Shown here one piece after another: positions 56,357 through 64,000 of a stretch of DNA of 64,000 nt (the stretch's first letter is position 1; every line of letters begins with the position of its first letter). The notes under the pieces are model-generated. The model was not told where the DNA came from. It saw only the letters and a program-made list of their open reading frames with translations, and made no database searches. Position numbers and translations under genes: made by a program. Origin of the DNA: an uncultured virus (IMG/VR IMGVR_UViG_3300047320_000352) (lineage: Duplodnaviria; Heunggongvirae; Uroviricota; Caudoviricetes); IMG/VR virus record IMGVR_UViG_3300047320_000352, one strand, 5' to 3'.

Positions 56357-57454
56357 TCAGGCGGCTGCCGGCAGGTCGTAGTTGACTGCGCCTCGGGCGA
56401 ACCGTTGACGCGAGAACTGGACCACGACTTCCGGGTCATGGGTCGCAAACACGAAACGACCCTCGTCGATGTTCACTTCCTTGAGCAGGTTGATGTCCAA
56501 GGTGTAGGACTCGGGTTCGCTCAGCCCATCTGCGGGAACCTCACCTTCATCGAATCCGTAGAAGGTCACTTCCATGCCGTTCAGGCTGAGCGGGCTCCGG
56601 TTTACCTCGTTGTGGCTCTGGCCATCACACAAAATGGGCGCGCCGTTGCGCAGCCCCTTGATGTTGTACTGGCCACCTTCGTCGTTCTGCGGACGCATGT
56701 TCAGCATCTGCATCGCGTCGGTTGCATTCTCGTTGTAGCGGTTCATTTCCTCGACGAGCGCCTGCAGCATGTCGAACGTGAACTCGGTGAAGAACGCCGC
56801 GACGTTCAAAACGCCGCTCAGGTTCGACTTGTTTTCCAGATTGTCGACGCAGTATTCCTCGACGAAAGCGCGCGGCAGGCCTGCGAAGTCCAGCGAGTAG
56901 AACAGGCGGCCTGGTCGGTTAATCATGTGCTTGTCGATGCGGCTGCGGTCGTTGACCGTCAGCAGGAACAACTTCTTCGACGGATACAGGCCGTCGAGCA
57001 GCGTCAGCAGGTGCGGCTGTTTTTCATGGTCGTACACCTTTTCGAATTCGTCGAAGAGGATGATGGCCGACTGCGACATGCCGCCGATGAAGGCGTTAAA
57101 TTCGTCGCCACAGAAGGGTTCATTGACCACCAGTGTCGGGATGTCCAGTTCCTGCCCGAGCTGCGAGACGCGCTTGGTCAGCATCGTCTTGCCTGCGCCC
57201 TTGTGGCCCGAAAGCAGCACGCCAGTGCCCGACGGACGGCAGCCGAACGTGTTCAGGATGCGGTGCGCACGGCTGTTTACGTCGCCGTAGAGCTTCGCCG
57301 GCAGCTTGAAGTCTTCGATGCGCTCCAGATAGAAACCAATCAGCGCGCCATGGCGCACTGCGTACGTGCCCGGCGGCAGGACCGGCTCGACGGCGAGCGC
57401 TTCAGTGCTGGTCGGAAAGTATTCGTTGCCGTCACGGCGGTAGACACGGGTCAT
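56357..57454 (-). CDS. AAA+ ATPase
   Basis: GHKGAGKT Walker A, IILFDEFEK Walker B, NRPGR Arg finger. Confidence 0.92.
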   Translation of the reverse strand: MTRVYRRDGNEYFPTSTEALAVEPVLPPGTYAVRHGALIGFYLERIEDFKLPAKLYGDVNSRAHRILNTFGCRPSGTGVLLSGHKGAGKTMLTKRVSQLGQELDIPTLVVNEPFCGDEFNAFIGGMSQSAIILFDEFEKVYDHEKQPHLLTLLDGLYPSKKLFLLTVNDRSRIDKHMINRPGRLFYSLDFAGLPRAFVEEYCVDNLENKSNLSGVLNVAAFFTEFTFDMLQALVEEMNRYNENATDAMQMLNMRPQNDEGGQYNIKGLRNGAPILCDGQSHNEVNRSPLSLNGMEVTFYGFDEGEVPADGLSEPESYTLDINLLKEVNIDEGRFVFATHDPEVVVQFSRQRFARGAVNYDLPAAA

Positions 57455-57487
57455 GCGATTCCCTGTAGCGTTCAAGTGATGATTTGA

Positions 57488-57516
57488 ACTATACTATCAA
57501 ATGCGTATAAACGCAA
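57488..57516 (-). promoter_or_regulatory. sigma70-type promoter for the 57454-51886 operon
   Basis: TTGCGT-17-TATAGT on the minus strand. Confidence 0.65.
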
Positions 57517-57650
57517 GTTACCTCTCAATATCGGTCCGCGTACGGTAGGTGTTTTGAGTGACGCATACCGTCAAACGCAAACCTGTCAACCATCGCCTCT
57601 ATACTGATTTGCAGCAATTTCGCTGTTAATAAATAGAGGAAACATTCATC

Positions 57651-59885
57651 ATGACCAACACTATCCAAAATACGTCGCTGGGCAAGCAAATGCTGTCCCA
57701 ATCCAAGTTCTTCATGGGCTATTCCCGCTGGGTCGAAGGCAAAGGCGCCTACGAAACCTGGGCAGAATCCGTGGAACGTGTGATGTCGATGCACCGCGGC
57801 AAGTACGCTGACCGCATGACGCCGGAGCTCGAGGCCTTCATGGCCAAGGCTCAGGCGGCGTACGACTCGCAGCTCGTTCTGGGCGCGCAACGCGCGCTGC
57901 AGTTCGGCGGAGAGCAGCTGCTGCGCCACGAAGCAAAGATGTACAACTGCTCGGTGTCGCACGCGGACCGCGCGGCTTTCTTCCAGGAAGCCATGTATCT
58001 GCTGTTGTGCGGCTGCGGTGTCGGCTTCTCGGTCCAGGAACGTCACGTTTCGAAGCTCCCGCGCATTCAGGCGCGTTCGGCTGACAGCGCGAAGGTGTTC
58101 CAGGTGCCCGATAGCATCGAAGGCTGGGCTGACGCGTTCGGCGTGCTGTTGTCCTCGTACTTCGTGGACGGCGGTACGTTCCCGGAATTCAAGGGCACTC
58201 CGGTCCTCTTCGACTTCTCGAAGATTCGTCCGAAGGGCTCGCTGATTTCGGGCGGCTTCAAGGCGCCGGGCGCGGATGGTCTGCGCAATGCGCTCGTGAA
58301 ATGCGAAACGCTCATCGAGCGTGCGCTGGCCGAAGGTCGCGACAACATGCGCGCTATCGTGGTCTACGACTTCGTGATGCACATGTCGGATGCTGTTCTG
58401 TCGGGTGGTGTGCGCCGTTCGGCCACCATCTGCCTGTTCGACAAGTTCGATGACGAGATGCTGAAGGCGAAGACGGGTAACTGGTTCGTCGACAATCCGC
58501 AGCGCGGCCGTAGCAACAACTCGGTGGTGCTGAAGAAAGACGAACTGACCCGCGAAGAATGGGCCGCCATCATGCGCTCTGTGCGTGATTTCGGCGAACC
58601 CGGTTTCATCTTCGTGGACGACTTCGACTTCGCGTACAACCCATGCGTTGAAATCGGCATGCGTCCGATTTGCGTCGAAACCGGCGAGTCGGGTTTCCAG
58701 TTCTGCAATCTGACCGAGGGCAACGGCGCCAAGTGCACAACGAAGGAAATCTTCTTCGCGATGTGCGAGGCGAGCGCCATTCTCGGTACGCTGCAGGCTG
58801 GGTACACCAACTTCAAGTACCTGAGCGACGCCACGCGCCGCATCACGGAACGCGAGGCACTCATCGGCGTGTCCATCACGGGCTGGATGAACAATCCGCA
58901 TATCCTGTTCGACGAAGAAATCCTGAAACAAGGGGCCGAAATCGTCAAGCGGGTGAACCGTGAAGTCGCCAAGCTGATTGGTACCCGTCCGGCCGCTCGT
59001 ACGACCTGCGCCAAACCTTCGGGCAATGCGTCGGTTCTGCTGCAGACCGAGTCGGGTATCCACGGCGCGCACTCGGCGTTGTACTTCCGCAACGTGCAGA
59101 TGAACGTCGAAGATGAAGTGGCCAAGCTGATTCAGGCCCTCAACCCGAAAATGGTTGAGAAGAGCGTCTGGAGCAGCAACGGCACCGACATCGTCGTGAG
59201 CTTCCCGGTCTTCACGAAGGAAGGTTCGATTTGCAAGGCGGACCTGATGGGCGTGAAGCAGCTGGAATACGTGAAGAAGGCGCAGCAGTTCTGGGTCGAA
59301 AACGGCACCAACGTCGAGCTGTGCGTGCATCCGAAGTTGCGCCACAACATCTCGAACACCATTTCGGTGGACGACTGGGATGAAGTGGAGCAGTACATCT
59401 TCGATAACCGCGAATGGTTCGCTGGCATTTCGCTGCTGTCGGCTTTTGGCGACAAGGCGTATGCACAGGCTCCGTTCACGGAAGTGCAGACCGCAGAGGA
59501 CATCCTGCGCCTGTACGGTGATGCCAGCATGTTTGCATCGGGACTGATTGTCGACGGCCTGGCCGCCTTCAACGGAAACCTGTGGATGGCCTGCGACACG
59601 GCAATGGGCAACGGCCAGGTGCTGTCGGACGAAGCAACCGACCTGCTCAAGCGTGACTGGGTTCGTCGATTCGCAAAGTTCGCGGAAAACTTCTTCGGTG
59701 GTGACGAGCTGAAGACGTCCTTCTGTGTGAAGGATTGCTACAACCTGCACAAGTGGGTAAGCATCCAGAAGACCATGAAGGAAATCGACTTCTCGGAAGC
59801 GCTGGCAAAGCGCGACTATGTCGATGTCGATACGCTCGCCTCGCAAGGTTGCGCTGGCGGTGCGTGCGAAATCAGCTTTGCGTGA
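57651..59885 (+). CDS. ribonucleotide reductase catalytic subunit, RTPR/class II-like
   Basis: YNC, GVGFS, GGVRRSA, GEPG, NPCVEI, FCNL, KPSGN motifs and C-terminal CAGGAC. Confidence 0.9.
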   Translation: MTNTIQNTSLGKQMLSQSKFFMGYSRWVEGKGAYETWAESVERVMSMHRGKYADRMTPELEAFMAKAQAAYDSQLVLGAQRALQFGGEQLLRHEAKMYNCSVSHADRAAFFQEAMYLLLCGCGVGFSVQERHVSKLPRIQARSADSAKVFQVPDSIEGWADAFGVLLSSYFVDGGTFPEFKGTPVLFDFSKIRPKGSLISGGFKAPGADGLRNALVKCETLIERALAEGRDNMRAIVVYDFVMHMSDAVLSGGVRRSATICLFDKFDDEMLKAKTGNWFVDNPQRGRSNNSVVLKKDELTREEWAAIMRSVRDFGEPGFIFVDDFDFAYNPCVEIGMRPICVETGESGFQFCNLTEGNGAKCTTKEIFFAMCEASAILGTLQAGYTNFKYLSDATRRITEREALIGVSITGWMNNPHILFDEEILKQGAEIVKRVNREVAKLIGTRPAARTTCAKPSGNASVLLQTESGIHGAHSALYFRNVQMNVEDEVAKLIQALNPKMVEKSVWSSNGTDIVVSFPVFTKEGSICKADLMGVKQLEYVKKAQQFWVENGTNVELCVHPKLRHNISNTISVDDWDEVEQYIFDNREWFAGISLLSAFGDKAYAQAPFTEVQTAEDILRLYGDASMFASGLIVDGLAAFNGNLWMACDTAMGNGQVLSDEATDLLKRDWVRRFAKFAENFFGGDELKTSFCVKDCYNLHKWVSIQKTMKEIDFSEALAKRDYVDVDTLASQGCAGGACEISFA

Positions 59886-59944
59886 TTTCTGAAAGCGTGG
59901 GCTCTATCTAGTCCATTCTGACAGGTAAGCAAAACTCCTCAACA

Positions 59945-59979
59945 AACCCTCCTTGCTTCGGCATTGGAGGGTTTTTTAT
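59945..59979 (+). terminator. Rho-independent terminator
   Basis: AACCCTCC...GGAGGGTT stem followed by a T-run. Confidence 0.8.
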
Positions 59980-60200
59980 TCGCAGAGCGTTTAGGTTGAG
60001 GGCGAAGACAGGGCGTCAAAAGCCTCCGCTTCGATTCAGATTGTGCTATCTTTTTCGGAACGGCAGTCACCCGTGCCCCCACCGGCGAACGTCGCTCAGC
60101 GACAGACATCTGCATCAAGCGAGTATTCGTCGTACGCAAATCCGCTTCGGGCGGTTTTTTCTTTGCGTATGGACGGTGGGACGTGCGCATGGAGAAGACA

Positions 60201-61151
60201 ATGTCCGAACCGATTGCTGTACATATCGACATCCCCCGCGTCAAGAAGAACGCCCGCCTGCTCGAAAAGTGGGTCGGGCTGCAGACTTCAACGTCCCAGG
60301 AACTCACGGCCAGAATGATGTCGGCGACCAGCTGGCAGAATCTACTCACCCTCGGCGTTTTCGTTCCCGACGATAGTCTGAGAGGCGCGGGCAATCTGGG
60401 CGTTTTCAAGCGTATCCACGAACAAGCCGACCTGCTTGCAGGTCGGCTCAATATTCCGGCCAGCACTGCGACCAAACTCGCAGCGTTCTGGCAGCCAACT
60501 GCGCGACGCAGGTCCCCAGAGGTACTGTTCTCATTCCTCGAGGACATTAAAGCTTTACCGTCCGATACGTCTTTGCCCGCATCATGGCTTAACCACGCCC
60601 CATCCGCGAAGGAACTTCTTAAGCTTGCCGCAGACTGTCCTGCTCTGGCACAGGACCAGGTTGATGAGCCTATAAAGCAGCGGCCGGAAGCATTCTTTTC
60701 AATCGTGCGGGATGGACTCGCCTTCCATGGAATGGCCGACAGCGAGCTCTATCTGAGGGTGGACCGTTTGGGAAAGCGACCATCAATGAGCGACTATCTG
60801 GGCTATGTGTCGTTCGGCCCGGGGAGTATTGAGCCGGACGGAAACGGAGGGTTCATGCTGGCCAAATACACAACTCAGGCGCGCGCAAAACTCGTAGGGC
60901 TCACAGAGCAATCTGCGCGGGAGGTGGCTCATTCTTTCGGATTCTCCGCGCCTGGCGGTTTGGGCGGATTCCTAGGGCACTCCGGCTTCTACGGAAGTCG
61001 AGCAGCTCTCGGACTCGCATCCTGGATTGCACGGCACCCGAGAAAAGCATCAAAGCTCTCTAGCGCTGCAAACCTGTATATGGGCGCCTGGCCCGAAAAC
61101 ACGATGGTTCGGCTCGAGTTTGAGCTCGTCCATGCAGGACTGCTGGTCTAA
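60201..61151 (+). CDS. hypothetical protein
   Basis: 316-aa ORF; GGAG RBS. Confidence 0.75.
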   Translation: MSEPIAVHIDIPRVKKNARLLEKWVGLQTSTSQELTARMMSATSWQNLLTLGVFVPDDSLRGAGNLGVFKRIHEQADLLAGRLNIPASTATKLAAFWQPTARRRSPEVLFSFLEDIKALPSDTSLPASWLNHAPSAKELLKLAADCPALAQDQVDEPIKQRPEAFFSIVRDGLAFHGMADSELYLRVDRLGKRPSMSDYLGYVSFGPGSIEPDGNGGFMLAKYTTQARAKLVGLTEQSAREVAHSFGFSAPGGLGGFLGHSGFYGSRAALGLASWIARHPRKASKLSSAANLYMGAWPENTMVRLEFELVHAGLLV

Positions 61152-61167
61152 CCGGGAGCACTTTCAA

Positions 61168-62337
61168 ATGGAACTGCTACTGAAGATAGTCCGAAAAATG
61201 GCCAGCCCGTGGCCTGTGGTCGTATGCAAGAGGGATAAGAGTGGGAAGGTGCTCAGAATCCAGATGCAGGACGGGCTCTATTACGAAGCGGTGCCCGCCC
61301 GGATGTGGCTCGAACTGAAAAACGGGATGCTCAAGGAGGTGGCTCGAGCGGCGACGCGCGTTCACGCGCAGGGCTTACGCTTTGGCTCTGCAGCATGGAC
61401 AGGTGCTCAAGCGGACTATCCGCTCGTCGACGCCGCTGGCAATATCGTGGGAACGAGCAAGATTCGGCAGGTGCCTGAGGCTAGGGCGCACAAGCCCAAG
61501 ACAAGAGACCCGTTGGTCTGGCACGACCGCCGCGTACGCCTGGCGCGCCAGGCCGCGAAGCAGGGCTACACAATGGTGACGGCGGAATGGCACGGCCAGC
61601 AAAAGAAATATGAGTTCGTTGATTCAGAGGGCGAAACAGTCTGGCTGACCGCTGCACAAATCCAATCCGGCGAGCAAGCGAAATTGAGAGCGCTGGCGCG
61701 GACAGCGGCCGGTGTCGACCCGGGATACACGCTTGTCGCGGCCAAGTGGTACGGCGGCACTCGAAAATATGCGTGGCGCACCCCGGATGGCGAGCATATT
61801 TTCGAATCGCTGGATGCGTTGCGTCAGCGAAGTTGCCGTATCGGTATGCGTGTGCTTGATGAGCAAACAAGTCCATCGCCGTTGCGCGGCTGGCCACGGT
61901 TCAGGTGGACGTTGCCAGATTCATCGTGCATAGAATCGACGTGGCCCGAATTCGAGGCCGCACTCCGGAAGGTATTAGGGCAGCCAGCCACAGAACAGCC
62001 GCCGAAGTACATGCGCACCGGTTTTTCAGCGTCAGTCCGTCGCGAGCTTGTTGAGCAGGTTGCGAGCCAAAGTGCTGCTCCCGAGGACGGCAAGGGTGGC
62101 CACTTCGACGCCGACGACCAGCCCGGTATCGGTCAATCACCGGGCACGCTCTCAGCTATAACGCTCGCGGTTCGGCTAGCGATGCAACCCCGAAAAATTT
62201 TGAAGGGTGTCGAGAGTAATGCGCAACGAATACGCCAACAGACACTAACCGTAGCGCGAGGGCCAAAAGCGCGGCGTTATGCATGGCTTCACGGCCACGG
62301 GAAGCGAGGCAAGGGGATTGCGCAGCAAGGCCGCTAA
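61168..62337 (+). CDS. hypothetical protein with internal GYTL...W.G...KY repeats
   Basis: GGGAG RBS; 3-4 degenerate ~45-aa repeats. Confidence 0.7.
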   Translation: MELLLKIVRKMASPWPVVVCKRDKSGKVLRIQMQDGLYYEAVPARMWLELKNGMLKEVARAATRVHAQGLRFGSAAWTGAQADYPLVDAAGNIVGTSKIRQVPEARAHKPKTRDPLVWHDRRVRLARQAAKQGYTMVTAEWHGQQKKYEFVDSEGETVWLTAAQIQSGEQAKLRALARTAAGVDPGYTLVAAKWYGGTRKYAWRTPDGEHIFESLDALRQRSCRIGMRVLDEQTSPSPLRGWPRFRWTLPDSSCIESTWPEFEAALRKVLGQPATEQPPKYMRTGFSASVRRELVEQVASQSAAPEDGKGGHFDADDQPGIGQSPGTLSAITLAVRLAMQPRKILKGVESNAQRIRQQTLTVARGPKARRYAWLHGHGKRGKGIAQQGR

Positions 62338-62521
62338 GACATCGACAGCCCCCTTGCGGGGCTGCGGCTCGAACACCGGCAGGTCGCCTTCCGTTCGACT
62401 CAAAGTTACAGTTATCCCTTGAAATACGCCAACTTTCTGCCTATGTTCCAAACTTCGAACCGTAAGATGATTGGGTACTATCTCGATATATCCTCAACTC
62501 GCACTACCAACAGGAGATTAA

Positions 62522-63070
62522 ATGGCGACTCTGGAAGCCATCCAGGCACGTATTCAGAAGCTTCAGGACCAGGCAGATGCTTTGCGCTCGAAGGCAAAGC
62601 AGTCGGTAATCGGCAAGATTCATGACCTGATGCTCAAGAATGACTTAACGCCGGAAGACATTGGCAATCCCATCCGGCGCGCATCAAAAGTCATCAAGAC
62701 GGTCAAGGCGAAGAATGCTTCGGCCGGCGCCCACGCCAAAGGCAAACTGCCCGCGAAATACCTGAACCCCAAGACGGGTGAAACGTGGAGTGGCCATGCC
62801 CGTCCGCCGGCATGGATTAAGAACGTCAAGGACCGCTCGAAGTTTCTCATCAACCAGGAAGAACTTCCCGCGTCGGCTCCTGCCTCAAAGACGCACCTGA
62901 AAGTCGTACCGAATGGCGCATCGAATGGTAAAGCGCGCAAGAAGGTGAGCGTCGCGCCGAAGTATCGCGACCCGGAAAGCGGTGTAACCTGGACGGGCCG
63001 GGGCCTGGCACCGGTCTGGATTCGCGACGCCGAAGACCGTACGCCGTTCTTGATTAAGGAAGCAGCCTGA
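62522..63070 (+). CDS. hns: H-NS family protein with two DNA-binding domains
   Basis: Coiled-coil N-terminus; KYLNPKTGETWSGHARPPAWI and KYRDPESGVTWTGRGLAPVWI. Confidence 0.92.
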   Translation: MATLEAIQARIQKLQDQADALRSKAKQSVIGKIHDLMLKNDLTPEDIGNPIRRASKVIKTVKAKNASAGAHAKGKLPAKYLNPKTGETWSGHARPPAWIKNVKDRSKFLINQEELPASAPASKTHLKVVPNGASNGKARKKVSVAPKYRDPESGVTWTGRGLAPVWIRDAEDRTPFLIKEAA

Positions 63071-63157
63071 ACGGTGCGCGCTCTATGCCGCTCACTGCGC
63101 GCATAGCAGGCGACAGTCTTTGCGTAAGGTCGGAATGGCCTCGAGCTAGCGGCCATG

Positions 63158-63187
63158 AAAAAGGACTCCCGGAGAAGGGGAGTCCTT
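63158..63187 (-). terminator. Rho-independent terminator
   Basis: A5 followed by GGACTCCC/GGGAGTCC stem. Confidence 0.8.
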
Positions 63188-63203
63188 AGAGTTGCTACAG
63201 GAC

Positions 63204-63647
63204 TTACGCGGCTTGCGCGAACTCTTCGAACGAGCCGACCGTAAAACCCAATTGCACGAGTGTTTCGCGCAGGGTCCGCAGGCCCATCCCCGCATCCACG
63301 CTCTGAACAGACCCGCCGTTGAAGGCGACGTCCAGGCGATATTCCTCGAGCTGTTCGCTCCAGCGACGCGTGAGCGTGACGTCTCCCAACGACGGCATCG
63401 GGCGCAGATAGGTGACAGGCTTGCTCTTCAGCAAGTCCGACACCGTGTAGCGCGATTCACCGCCTGCCTCGTTGATAAGGCGAACGCTGTTGAAGCCGAG
63501 CAGAATAAGCGCCGGAAGAACAGGGCTTTCCTGGTCTTCGACAACACGAAGGTCGACTACGCCGAGAACCGAATTGTCCAGCAGTACGGTCATGCGGTCC
63601 GACATCGGCGTGATGTCGTTCAACAAAATGCTCACTACGTTCTTCAT
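63204..63647 (-). CDS. hypothetical protein
   Basis: AGGAGG RBS; CTATAC motif 34 nt upstream. Confidence 0.75.
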   Translation of the reverse strand: MKNVVSILLNDITPMSDRMTVLLDNSVLGVVDLRVVEDQESPVLPALILLGFNSVRLINEAGGESRYTVSDLLKSKPVTYLRPMPSLGDVTLTRRWSEQLEEYRLDVAFNGGSVQSVDAGMGLRTLRETLVQLGFTVGSFEEFAQAA

Positions 63648-63729
63648 GGCTGTGTCCTCCTTGGTTGATAAGCCCATAGCCGTATAGCGCGATGCGCCGG
63701 CCGGGCATCAACGAGAAGGTCGTTTTGCG

Positions 63730-64000
63730 TCAGTCTGGACTCTCGACCAGTGAGCGTTTTTTTGCGTTGTGTTCGTGCAGCCAGGCAATGGCGTCTTCCG
63801 GCCTGCCGAGCTCTCCCGTCTCTCGGCGCCGCGCGGTCATCGCGGAGGCCTGCTTCCAGGTAATCGGAATAGCGCCGGCCGCCACGGCAAGCGTTTTCTT
63901 TGACATGCAGATGTCGTAGTGCCTGCGGGGTTTGCCGGGTTTCTGGTGCCACTTGCGTGCGACACCGATGCGCGCCGCCATCGCGTGCAGCTCGTCATCA
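63730..64000 (-). CDS. DUF4031 family protein (5' end outside the window)
   Basis: DELHAMAARIGVARKWHQ...HYDI...AVAAGA. Confidence 0.8.
   Translation of the reverse strand, partial: DDELHAMAARIGVARKWHQKPGKPRRHYDICMSKKTLAVAAGAIPITWKQASAMTARRRETGELGRPEDAIAWLHEHNAKKRSLVESPD

Noticed and set aside
57525..59846. 773-aa minus-strand ORF
   Set aside because: Antisense shadow of the ribonucleotide reductase; no motifs, and expected from high-GC codon bias.
59990..60090. tRNA/tmRNA-like fragments (TTCGATTC, CCCCCACC)
   Set aside because: No cloverleaf or acceptor stem could be built; no CCA end.

Overview
A GC-rich, densely coding 64-kb segment that looks like part of a very large extrachromosomal element (megaplasmid or jumbo-phage-like replicon), probably from a Burkholderiales-type host (inferred from the ClpP, MCP and H-NS sequences). 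No rRNA, tRNA, CRISPR array, transposase or virion gene was recognised. About 60% of genes are small hypotheticals. Recognisable genes fall into five groups: (1) NAD/ADP-ribose and nucleotide enzymes (NADAR, sirtuin, ART-like protein, NadM-type NMNAT, MazG-like protein, minimal class II aaRS-like protein, PfkB kinase, BtpA, ribonucleotide reductase); (2) nucleic-acid repair and processing (AlkB, Rnl2-type RNA ligase, RNase R, RuvB, an internally deleted type IA topoisomerase); (3) nucleoid proteins (HU, two-domain H-NS); (4) signalling (MCP, HDOD-GAF, histidine kinase/response regulator); (5) three secreted Ig-repeat proteins with a shared N-terminus and different C-terminal tips. The strongest non-coding signal is the hexamer CTATAC, found co-oriented 23-86 nt upstream of 24 start codons with no shared -35 element, alongside a separate set of sigma70-type promoters. 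This suggests an element-specific transcription programme. All family assignments come from motif recognition by eye, and many starts were moved to a downstream RBS-supported codon.
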